From Ferruginibacter sp. (GTDB taxonomy: Bacteria > Bacteroidota > Bacteroidia > Chitinophagales > Chitinophagaceae): a stretch of 64,000 nt of DNA. Position 1 is the stretch's first letter; every line of letters starts with the position of its first letter. Position numbers and translations under genes: made by a program. The notes under the pieces were generated by a model that ran no database searches, had not been told where the DNA came from, and was given only the letters and a program-made list of their open reading frames with translations. The DNA lies in NCBI GenBank assembly GCA_041911275.1, contig JAYRPG010000174.1, forward strand, positions 24,268 to 88,267, written 5' to 3'. Below, piece by piece: positions 54,116 through 63,548 of this stretch.

Positions 54116-55120
54116 TTATGGCACATTCACCACCCGCAGAATTTCATTGATTACCTCTTCCACACTGATGTTTTCCGCCTCGGCCTCATAGGTGAGGCCA
54201 ATCCGGTGTCGGAGCACATCGCGGCAGATGCTGCGCACATCTTCCGGTATCACAAAGCCCCGCCGGTTTAGAAAGGCATAAGCCTTGGCGGCCAGGGCCA
54301 GGTTGATGCTGGCACGTGGTGATCCGCCGAAACCGATTACGGGCTTCAGCTTGGGCAATTTGTACTGATCGGGGAAACGGGTGGCAAACACAATATCCAG
54401 GATGTACTGCTCCACTTTTTCATCCATGTACACCTGGCGCACCAGTTCTTTGCCCGCCATGATTTCACTCCTGGAGGCCACCGCCTGAATGGCGGGCGCG
54501 GCGGCGCCGGTGGTGTTCTGCCGGATGATCTGGCGTTCGTCTTCCGGTGAAGGATACCCGATCAGCACCTTGAGCATGAAACGATCCACCTGGGCCTCGG
54601 GCAGCGGATAGGTGCCTTCCTGGTCGATGGGGTTTTGGGTGGCCAGCACCAGGAAGGGCTCTTCCAGCGGATAGGTATGGTCGCCGATGGTGACCTGGCG
54701 CTCCTGCATCACTTCCAGCAGCGCACTTTGCACTTTGGCAGGCGCCCGGTTGATTTCATCGGCCAGTACAAAATGTGCAAAGATGGGCCCCCTCCGCACA
54801 TAAAAATCGTTCCGGGCCTGGTTGTAAATCATCGTGCCGATCACATCCGCCGGCAGCAGATCAGGGGTAAACTGGATGCGGCTGAAATCGGCATGGATGG
54901 CCTGTGCCAGGGATTTGATGGCGAGAGTCTTGGCCAGACCCGGCACCCCTTCCAGGAGGATGTGCCCGTTGCTGAGCAGGCCGATGAGCAGCCGCTCAAT
55001 CATCTCCTGCTGCCCCACGATGGTTTTATGGAGTTCGTTGTTGATGCGCTGAATGAAGCCGGCCGCCTGGCCGATCTTTTCATTCAGCAGGCGGATGTCT
55101 TCGGCAGTTTGTAATGACAT
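54116..55120 (-). CDS. MoxR family AAA+ ATPase
   Basis: Walker A GVPGLAKT, Walker B LADEINRA, and a size of about 334 aa. Confidence 0.88.
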   Translation of the reverse strand: MSLQTAEDIRLLNEKIGQAAGFIQRINNELHKTIVGQQEMIERLLIGLLSNGHILLEGVPGLAKTLAIKSLAQAIHADFSRIQFTPDLLPADVIGTMIYNQARNDFYVRRGPIFAHFVLADEINRAPAKVQSALLEVMQERQVTIGDHTYPLEEPFLVLATQNPIDQEGTYPLPEAQVDRFMLKVLIGYPSPEDERQIIRQNTTGAAAPAIQAVASRSEIMAGKELVRQVYMDEKVEQYILDIVFATRFPDQYKLPKLKPVIGFGGSPRASINLALAAKAYAFLNRRGFVIPEDVRSICRDVLRHRIGLTYEAEAENISVEEVINEILRVVNVP

Positions 55121-55240
55121 GCTGGGCTGGTTTAAGATACAGGGAAATCGCTGTGCACAAAATACAAACAAAGGGGCATCAAAAATTTTGCCGTACTGCT
55201 GTGCGGAGGAAAAAAAAGGTTAAAAGGCCCGGGGTCCTGA

Positions 55241-56923
55241 TCAGCTGAGGTAGCGGGCCACAATCGGCACCCGGCGGCCCACCCCGAATGCCTTGGGTGA
55301 AACGCGGATGATGGGGCAGAATTGGTTGCGTTTGTATTCGTTGAGGTTCACCATCCGCAGCACGCGGTCAACCAGTGCCGCATCAAATCCCAGGGCCTTG
55401 ATTTCGGCCGGGCCCTGCCGCCGTTCAATGTATTGATAAAGGATAGCATCAAGCAACGCATAATCGGGCAGCGAATCGCTGTCCTTCTGCCCCGGGCGCA
55501 ATTCGGCTGAAGGCGCTTTGAGGATGATGTTGGCGGGGATCAGCTCCTTGCTGCGGTTGAGGTAGCGGGCCAGCGCGTACACCTGCTGTTTGTAACAATC
55601 GCCCAGCACAGCCAGTCCGCCGGCCATATCGCCGTACAGGGTGCCGTACCCGGTAGCCAGCTCGCTTTTGTTGGAGGTATTGAGGAGGATATAACCGAAT
55701 TTATTGGAGATGGCCATGAGCAGGTTACCGCGGGTACGGCTCTGGATATTTTCCTCCGCCAGGCTGAAAGGCAGCTCCCCGAAGAGGGGCTTCAGTTCCT
55801 GCAAAAAGGATTCGTAAATATTTTTGATCGGTACGATGTCGAAGGGATTGCCCAGGTTGCGGCTCAGCTGCACCGCGTCATCCACACTATGCTCCGTGCT
55901 GTACGGCGATGGCATCAGGATGGCCCGCACATTTTCCGCACCGAGGGCCTCACTGGCCAGCACCAGGGTAACGGCGCTGTCGATGCCGCCGCTGCTGCCC
56001 AGGATAGCCTTGCTGAAGCCCATCTTGCGGAAGTAATCGCGGATGCCGGTGACGATGGCGGCGTGGATGCTGGCCGTATTCAGGTTTTCATCAAACAGCA
56101 CCGGGTTCAGCTCCCGGTCGGTCACCGCGGCAGCAGGCATCAGTACGGGTGCGGCAATGCGGCCATCGTCCTGCAGTTCAAATCCCTGCAGGGCCGGCTC
56201 AAAGGAGGGCAGTTGTCCGCAGAGATTGGCATCCCGGTCAAACACCAGGGAGGCGCCGTCAAAAACAATTTCCGTCTGGCTGCCCACGGCATTGCAGTAA
56301 AACAGGGGCAGCCTGTACTTCAGCACATTGGCTTTGATGATGGCCAGCCGGTCTTCCTCATGGGTATAATCAAAAGGCGAGGCGGAGATATTGATCATGA
56401 GATCGGGCTCTTGCTCCATGAGGCGGTCCATCGGACAGATGCGGTACAACGGGTTGTCGCCCAGGTTCCAGATGTCCTCGCAGATGGTGAGGGCGATGCG
56501 GCGGCCTTTGAAGGGAATGACCTTCCACTCCCAGGCCGGCTCAAAGTAACGGTACTCATCAAACACATCATAGGTGGGCAGCAGGGTTTTGTGCACCACG
56601 GCCTGGATGGCGCCGTTATAGAGCAGGAAGGCGGAGTTGAACAGGTCCTTTCCCTCGCGGTGCGGATTGCGCTCCGGCGCCCCCACAATCACCCCGATGT
56701 TATCCGTGTGGGCAGCGATGGCTTCCACCGACTGCCGGCAGCGCAGGATGAAATCGTCGAACTCCAGGAAATCGCGGGGCGGATAACCGCAAACCGACAG
56801 TTCACTGAACACCACCAGGTCGGCTCCCTGCTCCCTCGCCGCCTTCACGGCTTCGATGATCTGCCGGGTGTTCTGTTCAAAATTGCCGATATGATAATTC
56901 TGCTGTGCTAAAAATATTTTCAT
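55241..56923 (-). CDS. nadE: Glutamine-dependent NAD+ synthetase
   Basis: N-terminal CN-hydrolase domain (FSEL, C...ICED) plus a C-terminal synthetase domain with SGGIDS. Confidence 0.9.
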   Translation of the reverse strand: MKIFLAQQNYHIGNFEQNTRQIIEAVKAAREQGADLVVFSELSVCGYPPRDFLEFDDFILRCRQSVEAIAAHTDNIGVIVGAPERNPHREGKDLFNSAFLLYNGAIQAVVHKTLLPTYDVFDEYRYFEPAWEWKVIPFKGRRIALTICEDIWNLGDNPLYRICPMDRLMEQEPDLMINISASPFDYTHEEDRLAIIKANVLKYRLPLFYCNAVGSQTEIVFDGASLVFDRDANLCGQLPSFEPALQGFELQDDGRIAAPVLMPAAAVTDRELNPVLFDENLNTASIHAAIVTGIRDYFRKMGFSKAILGSSGGIDSAVTLVLASEALGAENVRAILMPSPYSTEHSVDDAVQLSRNLGNPFDIVPIKNIYESFLQELKPLFGELPFSLAEENIQSRTRGNLLMAISNKFGYILLNTSNKSELATGYGTLYGDMAGGLAVLGDCYKQQVYALARYLNRSKELIPANIILKAPSAELRPGQKDSDSLPDYALLDAILYQYIERRQGPAEIKALGFDAALVDRVLRMVNLNEYKRNQFCPIIRVSPKAFGVGRRVPIVARYLS

Positions 56924-56948
56924 GATGCCGGCCCGTAGGGTGATCCAT

Positions 56949-56956
56949 TATATTTG
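56949..56956 (+). promoter_or_regulatory. -7 box TATATTTG upstream of gldB
   Basis: Matches TAnnTTTG, 38 nt upstream of the ATG. Confidence 0.4.
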
Positions 56957-56994
56957 CAGGAACAAGATCGTAAAGGTAAAAATTAAAACAGCAA

Positions 56995-58005
56995 ATGAAG
57001 CGCGCAATCCTGTATGCTCTCGGCCTCCTGCTATGGTGTTCCTGCGGCAGCCGCAAAGTGCCGGATGTTTCGGGTATTGAGGTGCCGCTCAGCACCTTCA
57101 GGTTTGAACAAAAACTGTTCGACAGCACGGCGCCCTCCCTGACCCAGTATCTCCAGTCGCTGCAGGGCAGTGAGCCGGCTTTTACCTCCCTCTTCCTCAA
57201 CCATATCCTCAATGCCGATCCGCGCTGGCCGGCCGACAGCACCGCCGCTTATGTAAACAGTTTTGTAACCAGCTACCGGCCGGTATTCAGGGATGCGGAA
57301 AACATATTCCGGGATTTCAGGCCGTATGAAAAAGCGATGCAGGAAGCCTGCCGGTATGTAAAACATTACTTCCCGCAGTATCAACTACCCCGGCAGATCA
57401 TTACCTACATCGGCCCTGCTGACGGGTATGGCGATGCCCTCACCAAAGACGCCTTCCTCGTTGGGCTGCACTATCATCTCGGCAAGGACAATCCGCTGTA
57501 TAAAACGGAAATCGTGAGCCAGATTTATCCCGAATACCTCACCCGCCGTTTTGAGCCCTCCACCATTGTGATCAATGCGCTGCGGAACCTCGTGGACGAC
57601 CTCTACCCGGAAAAGGAGGGAGAGCAGCCGCTGGCCGGCCTGATGGTGGAAAAAGGGAAACGCCTCTACCTGCTGCAGCAGTTCCTGCCCAAACAGCCGG
57701 AATACCTGCTGATCGGGTACACCGAAAAGCAGCTCAAAGACTGTTACAAACAGGAAGCCGTGATCTGGGAAATGTTTGTGAAAAACAACCTGCTGCAGAG
57801 TGTGGACCGCAACATCCTCAAAAACTACCTCGACGAAGGTCCCAAAACCCAGGAACTGGGCGAAGGAGCACCTGGCAATATCGGATCTTTTGCAGGCTGG
57901 CAGATCGTAAAGAAATACATGGATAAATTTCCGGAAACCACCCTGCCGCAACTGATGGCCATGGACAATGAAATCCTGTTCAGGGAAGCCAAATACAAGC
58001 CCTGA
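56995..58005 (+). CDS. gldB: Gliding motility lipoprotein GldB
   Basis: Lipobox LLLWCSCG, then the region I..P...FRFEQ.LF. The 336-aa size matches GldB. Confidence 0.8.
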   Translation: MKRAILYALGLLLWCSCGSRKVPDVSGIEVPLSTFRFEQKLFDSTAPSLTQYLQSLQGSEPAFTSLFLNHILNADPRWPADSTAAYVNSFVTSYRPVFRDAENIFRDFRPYEKAMQEACRYVKHYFPQYQLPRQIITYIGPADGYGDALTKDAFLVGLHYHLGKDNPLYKTEIVSQIYPEYLTRRFEPSTIVINALRNLVDDLYPEKEGEQPLAGLMVEKGKRLYLLQQFLPKQPEYLLIGYTEKQLKDCYKQEAVIWEMFVKNNLLQSVDRNILKNYLDEGPKTQELGEGAPGNIGSFAGWQIVKKYMDKFPETTLPQLMAMDNEILFREAKYKP

Positions 58006-58020
58006 TTCCCGTTATTTTCC

Positions 58021-59103
58021 TCACACGCCCTCCGCACTGCGGCCCAGGGTGCGCATCACCCGGAAATGCGAACGCACCGCATCCGTCACCGTTTCGTAGC
58101 GGTTATACGGCAGGTTGTACTCGGCGCATTTCCGCATCACAATGGCACTGATGGCCGGGTAATGGATATGGCAGATGCGGGGAAACAGATGATGTTCGAT
58201 CTGGAAGTTCAGGCCGCCCACCAGCCATGACAACACCGGATTGTTCATCGCGAAGTTGGAGGTGGTGAGGATTTCATGCTCGGCCCAGGCATGGTTGATT
58301 TGTTTATGGCCACCCTCGTCAACCTGTTCAAATCCGGTATTCTCCACCACATGCGCCAGCTGAAACACCAGGGAGAGGGTGAGCCCCATGGCAGCATTCA
58401 GCACCAGGTAGCCGGCCAGCCAGGCGCCGCCCCCCCATACCATTGCCGGCAGCACCATGTAAAAGGCAATGTACCCGGTTTTGGTAAGCCAGAACACCAC
58501 ATGATTCCAGGCACTCATCTTCCAGGCGCGGGTGGTATAGATCATACCCGTGAAGTATTTGCGGAAATCCATCACAAACACCCAGAACAGGGTACTGAGG
58601 GCATACACCGGCAGCAGGTACAGGTGTTGTACCCGGTGTGCGGGTACCCATCGCTGTGAGCGGCACTGGCGGATCACGGGACTTTTGGCAATATCATCAT
58701 CCAGGCCGTCTACATTGGTGTAGGTATGGTGAATGATGTTGTGCTTCTGTTTCCAGAAGTATGAGCTGGCCCCCATCGCGTTGATGGTGAGGCCAAGCAG
58801 GTTATTGAGCCAGGGGCGGGTACTGTAGCTGCCGTGATTGGCATCGTGCATGACACTGAAACCGATACAGGCCAGGATGAAACCCAGTGCACCGCAGAGC
58901 AGCAGGGCCAGCCAGCCCGGCACCGGCAATACCATGAGCACAAAATATGCCAGGCAGGCCGCGCCGACCAGGATCACGGCTTTGCTGTACAGGCGCCAGT
59001 CGCCGGTTTTTCGGATGCCGCGGGTGCTGAAGTAAGCATCCACTTCTTTTTTCAGGCTCTGGTAAAAATGATTGCTGCTGTTGTTGAAAGAAACACTGGA
59101 CAT
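58021..59103 (-). CDS. Membrane fatty acid desaturase
   Basis: Three His boxes: HDANHG, HNIIHH, QIEHHLFP. The ATG at 59103 is preferred over the GTG at 59115. Confidence 0.85.
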   Translation of the reverse strand: MSSVSFNNSSNHFYQSLKKEVDAYFSTRGIRKTGDWRLYSKAVILVGAACLAYFVLMVLPVPGWLALLLCGALGFILACIGFSVMHDANHGSYSTRPWLNNLLGLTINAMGASSYFWKQKHNIIHHTYTNVDGLDDDIAKSPVIRQCRSQRWVPAHRVQHLYLLPVYALSTLFWVFVMDFRKYFTGMIYTTRAWKMSAWNHVVFWLTKTGYIAFYMVLPAMVWGGGAWLAGYLVLNAAMGLTLSLVFQLAHVVENTGFEQVDEGGHKQINHAWAEHEILTTSNFAMNNPVLSWLVGGLNFQIEHHLFPRICHIHYPAISAIVMRKCAEYNLPYNRYETVTDAVRSHFRVMRTLGRSAEGV

Positions 59104-59151
59104 GAAAGCGGACACGGATTGAAGATGGACAAACGGATAGCGGGGATCAGA

Positions 59152-59538
59152 TCAGTTGAGTTTAAAAGGCACCGTCATTTCAAATGCGGGAATGATCACC
59201 TTGAAGAGTTTGCCGTTGTTGACATTCTCCATCTGGTAAGTGCCGTACATTTTACCCATTTCGGTTTTGAGGTTGCAACCGCTGATGTACTGGTAATGCG
59301 TACCCGGATGAATCACCGGCTGTACCCCGATCACCCCTTCCCCTTCCACTTCCCGTACATTGCCGGTGGCGTCGAAAATGTACCAGTGACGGCGGAGCAG
59401 CCGCACCGGATAAGGATTGTTGTTTTCGATGGTGATGCGGTAGGCAAACATAAACTCGTTACCGGCCGGATTGCTGTAATCTGGCTGGTAAAAAGTTTCC
59501 ACAGAAACTGTAACCCCTTCTGAGATTTTCGAAACCAT
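59152..59538 (-). CDS. apaG: ApaG (DUF525) protein
   Basis: FMFAYRITIEN......V.LL.RHW.I.DA.G....V.G.GV.G.QP.I.PG. Confidence 0.85.
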   Translation of the reverse strand: MVSKISEGVTVSVETFYQPDYSNPAGNEFMFAYRITIENNNPYPVRLLRRHWYIFDATGNVREVEGEGVIGVQPVIHPGTHYQYISGCNLKTEMGKMYGTYQMENVNNGKLFKVIIPAFEMTVPFKLN

Positions 59539-59661
59539 AAATGCGGTTAACCCTGTAAATATAGCGATTCGGGATGGTTTTACGCAGTTTCGTTGAAAAC
59601 CCGGCCTCACCCCTGCTCCGGACCGGTCATCCGGCTCAACGAAGCGCCATGAGCCCGGCTT

Positions 59662-60003
59662 TTACAGGATTTTCGTGCCGGTATACCCTTTCTTCAGCAG
59701 CCATTGCCCCACCTTCTGCCGGTGATCGCCCTGGATGATGATTTCGCCGTCTTTCACCGAGCCGCCGGTGCCGCAGAGGGCTTTCAGCTGGCGGCCCAGC
59801 TCTTCCAGGGTTGCCGTGCTGCCGCGGTAACCGTACACCAGGGTTACCGCCTTGCCGGCGCGGTGGCGGGTATCGAGGATGATGCGCAGGGCCTGTTGTG
59901 CCGGCGCGGTATCAGGGGTTTCGGCGGCCGGCTTTTCGTTGCGGAAGGTTGGATCGGTGGAATAAACCAGTCCGCCCCAGCCTGCAGTTTTCTTTTTAGA
60001 CAT
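59662..60003 (-). CDS. SUI1/YciH family translation initiation factor
   Basis: 113 aa; R.GK.VT.V.G......L..L...LK..CG.GG.VKDG.I.IQGD. Confidence 0.82.
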   Translation of the reverse strand: MSKKKTAGWGGLVYSTDPTFRNEKPAAETPDTAPAQQALRIILDTRHRAGKAVTLVYGYRGSTATLEELGRQLKALCGTGGSVKDGEIIIQGDHRQKVGQWLLKKGYTGTKIL

Positions 60004-60007
60004 AAAT

Positions 60008-60862
60008 TCAGTTTTTCCGGATCAGGGCTTTCAGGCTCAGGTCGAGGCTGCGGGCCTGGTGAATCACCGCGCCGCTGGAAACAAAATCCACACCCGTGGC
60101 CGCATAATCCGTGATGTTGCCCAGGTGTATGCCGCCGCTGGCCTCGGTGCTGAAGCGGCCGCCGATCATCTGCACGGCTTCCGCCACATGGGGCGGCGTA
60201 AAATTATCCAGCATAATCACATCCACCTTGCCCACGGCCAGCACGCGGCGCACATCGTCGAGGCTGCGGGTTTCCACTTCAATGCGCAGGCCCGGCTTTT
60301 TTTCCTGTACATAACGCCAGGCCTTTTCCACCGCCTGTTCGATGCCGCCGCAGAAATCAATGTGATTGTCTTTGAGCATGATCATATCGTATAAACCGAA
60401 GCGGTGGTTAACGCCGCCGCCTATACGAACGGCCTCCTTTTCGAGCAGCCGGAAATTGGGCGTGGTTTTCCGCGTATCCAGGAGGCGGGTGGTATAGGGT
60501 TCCAGCAACCGCGTATACTGTTTCGTGAGGGTGGCAATGCCGCTCATCCGCTGCATGCAGTTCAGCACCAGGCGCTCGCATTGCAGGATGGTGTGCACAT
60601 GGGCCTCCACCTCAAAAGCTTCATCGCCAGGCTGCATGGCATCGCCGTCTTTCATCCGGGGGGTAAAAATCACACCCGGTTCCATATAGCGGAACACTGC
60701 TTCGGCCACTTCCATACCGGCCAGCACACCGGCCTCTTTCACTTTCAGCACCGCCTTGCCGGTTGCGGCGGGATCAATGCTGGCCAGGGTGGAATGGTCG
60801 CCGTCGCCGATATCTTCGGCAAGGGCCCGCTGAATCAGGGTTTGTAATGCGTTGTGCTGCAT
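60008..60862 (-). CDS. nadC: Nicotinate-nucleotide pyrophosphorylase (carboxylating)
   Basis: AL.EDIG.GD.ST, DTRKTTP..R, KDNHI, EVE and MLDNF motifs. Confidence 0.9.
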   Translation of the reverse strand: MQHNALQTLIQRALAEDIGDGDHSTLASIDPAATGKAVLKVKEAGVLAGMEVAEAVFRYMEPGVIFTPRMKDGDAMQPGDEAFEVEAHVHTILQCERLVLNCMQRMSGIATLTKQYTRLLEPYTTRLLDTRKTTPNFRLLEKEAVRIGGGVNHRFGLYDMIMLKDNHIDFCGGIEQAVEKAWRYVQEKKPGLRIEVETRSLDDVRRVLAVGKVDVIMLDNFTPPHVAEAVQMIGGRFSTEASGGIHLGNITDYAATGVDFVSSGAVIHQARSLDLSLKALIRKN

Positions 60863-60866
60863 ACCG

Positions 60867-60874
60867 CAAAGCTA
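60867..60874 (-). promoter_or_regulatory. -7 box TAGCTTTG, 4 nt upstream of the nadC ATG
   Basis: The - strand reads TAGCTTTG-CGGT-ATG. Confidence 0.45.
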
Positions 60875-60916
60875 ATCATTTCGGATGGCAGCGGCAGGCC
60901 ACGGCTCAGGGGCAGC

Positions 60917-60941
60917 AAAAAGGCTGCACCGGGTGCAGCCT
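60917..60941 (-). terminator. Rho-independent terminator of the DUF4783 gene
   Basis: On the - strand, stem AGGCTGCAC / GTGCAGCCT is followed by TTTTT. Confidence 0.65.
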
Positions 60942-60964
60942 TTGAACAAATTACACAGGGTGGC

Positions 60965-61345
60965 TCAACGACTTTCAAAACGGATTTCCTGCAACAGCTG
61001 CACATCGGCTTTCAGCTTCATGTACAGGGTAGTGCGGAAACTGCCGCTCTTGGTGAGCAGGGTGCCGATGCAGTATTGGGAGCCGGCATTCTGGCCCTTA
61101 TGAATCACGTCAAAACCCTTCACCGGGTTATTGGTAAAAAAATCCTTGAGCACAATTTCCGCCTGGCTTTTGCTGTAGCTGCCGCCCTTATCGGGGAGAT
61201 TGATTTCGACCGACTGGTCAAAATACCGGGCCACCTGGGCCGCATTACCGGTTTTCATGGCACTCACCACTTCATCAATCCGCTGGGAAGGGCGGAAGCT
61301 GATGAGCAGAAGTGTCGCCACGGCCACTGCGCAGAGCAATTTCAT
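60965..61345 (-). CDS. DUF4783 domain protein (secreted)
   Basis: Signal MKLLCAVAVATLLLISF, then ...GNAAQVARYFD..VEI.LP....YSK.QAE.VLKDFF. Confidence 0.7.
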   Translation of the reverse strand: MKLLCAVAVATLLLISFRPSQRIDEVVSAMKTGNAAQVARYFDQSVEINLPDKGGSYSKSQAEIVLKDFFTNNPVKGFDVIHKGQNAGSQYCIGTLLTKSGSFRTTLYMKLKADVQLLQEIRFESR

Positions 61346-61447
61346 AAAAAGATATTTTCCGGGGTTTGTGTGCCAAAACTGTGCCAGCCTTGGCCGTACA
61401 GCAAGATAGCGAAATAAACCGGTCCCGGTAAAAAGCGCCAAATGAAT

Positions 61448-61455
61448 TAGCTTTG
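61448..61455 (+). promoter_or_regulatory. -7 box TAGCTTTG, 4 nt upstream of the gpmI ATG
   Basis: TAGCTTTG-AAGC-ATG. Confidence 0.45.
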
Positions 61456-61459
61456 AAGC

Positions 61460-62983
61460 ATGAAAAACAAGAAAGCGATTCTGATCATCATGGATGGCTG
61501 GGGACTGGGACAGGTGAAAAGCAGCGACGCCATCCAGCATGCCCATGTACCTTTTGTAAGTTCATTATACAACCGTTACCCCAACAGCACCCTCATTACC
61601 TGCGGCGAACAGGTGGGCCTGCCCGACGGGCAGATGGGCAACAGTGAAGTGGGGCACCTTAACCTGGGCGCCGGCCGCGTTGTTTATCAGGAGCTGCAGC
61701 GCATCAATGTAGCCATCCGCAGCGGTGAATTTCAGCAAAACCCCACCCTGCTGGCCGCCATCCGCTACGCCCGGGATAACGGCAGGAAACTGCACCTGCT
61801 CGGGCTGGTGAGCGACGGCGGGGTGCATTCCCATACCCGGCACCTCGAAGCCATCTGTGATCTCTGTCAACACGAAGGCCTGAAGGAGGTGCTGATCCAC
61901 GCGTTCACCGACGGCCGGGATACCGATCCCAAAAGCGGGCTCGGCTATCTGCGCGATCTGCAGCAACACCTGGCGCAATCGGCCGGCGTGATTGCCAGCA
62001 TCACCGGCCGCTATTATGCCATGGACCGCGACAAGCGCTGGGAGCGGGTAAAACTCGCTTACGACGCCCTGGTGCATGCAACCGGCGAAGCCTCATCCAA
62101 CCTGCTGCAGTCGGTAGAAAACGCTTATGCCGCCGGCATTACCGACGAATTCATCCGGCCCATCATCAATGCCAGCCTGCCCGACACCCGCATTGCCGCC
62201 GGGGATGCGGTGATCTGTTTCAACTTCCGCACCGACCGCTGCCGCGAAATCACCCAGGTGCTTACCCAAACCGATATGCCGGAGGCCGGGATGCAAACCC
62301 TGCCGCTGCACTACTGCACCATGACGCAGTATGACCAGACCTTCCGGAATGTGAACGTGATGTTTGAAAACGACGACCTGAAAAACACGCTGGGCGAGGT
62401 GCTGGAAAATCACCACAAAACGCAGATCCGGATTGCAGAGACGGAAAAATACCCGCACGTATCCTTCTTCTTCAGCGGCGGCCGCGAGCAGCCCTTTTCG
62501 GGCGAAAAGCGCATCATGATCCCGTCGCCCAAAGTAGCCACCTACGACCTGCAGCCCGAAATGAGCGCCCTGGAAGTGACGGAGGCCATCATGAAAGAAA
62601 TCAGCAATGACCCGCCGGATTTCATCTGCCTCAACTTTGCCAATGCCGATATGGTGGGACACACCGGCGTGTGGGATGCGGTGATCAAAGCAGTGGAAAC
62701 GGTGGACCAGTGCGTGGAGAAAGTGGTAACCGCCGCACTCGAACAGGATTATGTAATCTTCCTCACGGCTGATCATGGCAATGCGGATTATGAGATCAAT
62801 GAAGACGGCAGCCCGAATACGGCCCACACCCTCAACCCGGTGCCCCTGTTCGTGATTGACCGGAACTGGAAAGGCAAAGTGGAACCGGGCAAACTGGGCG
62901 ATATCGCGCCCAGTATCCTCACCATGATGGGACTGCCCATCCCGGCCGAAATGACGGGCAGGGTGCTGGTGTCGGAAGTATAA
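61460..62983 (+). CDS. gpmI: 2,3-bisphosphoglycerate-independent phosphoglycerate mutase
   Basis: LIIMDGWG, GNSEVGHLN.GAGR, SDGGVHSH and ADHGNA motifs; 507 aa. Confidence 0.93.
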   Translation: MKNKKAILIIMDGWGLGQVKSSDAIQHAHVPFVSSLYNRYPNSTLITCGEQVGLPDGQMGNSEVGHLNLGAGRVVYQELQRINVAIRSGEFQQNPTLLAAIRYARDNGRKLHLLGLVSDGGVHSHTRHLEAICDLCQHEGLKEVLIHAFTDGRDTDPKSGLGYLRDLQQHLAQSAGVIASITGRYYAMDRDKRWERVKLAYDALVHATGEASSNLLQSVENAYAAGITDEFIRPIINASLPDTRIAAGDAVICFNFRTDRCREITQVLTQTDMPEAGMQTLPLHYCTMTQYDQTFRNVNVMFENDDLKNTLGEVLENHHKTQIRIAETEKYPHVSFFFSGGREQPFSGEKRIMIPSPKVATYDLQPEMSALEVTEAIMKEISNDPPDFICLNFANADMVGHTGVWDAVIKAVETVDQCVEKVVTAALEQDYVIFLTADHGNADYEINEDGSPNTAHTLNPVPLFVIDRNWKGKVEPGKLGDIAPSILTMMGLPIPAEMTGRVLVSEV

Positions 62984-63035
62984 TCCGGTGAGATTCACTA
63001 TTTTCACAGCATCATCCCTAATAAACCGCAACACC

Positions 63036-63527
63036 ATGCTCAAAAAAGCCGGATTCGCCTTGCTGGCCCTGCTCCTGATCATCCAGTTTTTTCCGCCGAA
63101 AAAAAACCTTGCAGAAGGCACGGGCGAGCCGGAGAACAGCATCAGCCGGGTACTCCCGGTGCCGCCGGGCGTGCAAACCATTTTGCAAACCAGCTGCTAC
63201 GACTGCCACAGCAACGACACCGAGTATCCCTGGTATGCCGAAGTGCAGCCCGTGGGCTGGTGGCTGAATCACCACATCGAAGAGGGCAAGCATGAACTGA
63301 ACTTCGATGAATTTGCCAGCTACAGCCTGCGCAAACAGTACCATAAACTCGAAGAAATCAATGAACAGGTTAAGGAAGGCGAAATGCCGATGAAATCCTA
63401 CCTGATTATCCACCGCGATGCCAGCCTGAGCCCCGAACAAAAACAAGTGCTCGCCAGCTGGGTAAGCGCCTCCATGGATTCCATGAAAGCCCGTTATCCC
63501 GCCGACAGCCTGATCCGGAAAAAATAA
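63036..63527 (+). CDS. Heme-binding domain (Haem_bd) protein
   Basis: N-terminal TM helix, then SCYDCHSN.TEYPWY....P..WW...H...G...LNF.EF. Confidence 0.75.
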   Translation: MLKKAGFALLALLLIIQFFPPKKNLAEGTGEPENSISRVLPVPPGVQTILQTSCYDCHSNDTEYPWYAEVQPVGWWLNHHIEEGKHELNFDEFASYSLRKQYHKLEEINEQVKEGEMPMKSYLIIHRDASLSPEQKQVLASWVSASMDSMKARYPADSLIRKK

Positions 63528-63548
63528 ATACCGCTACATTTGCGGCTG

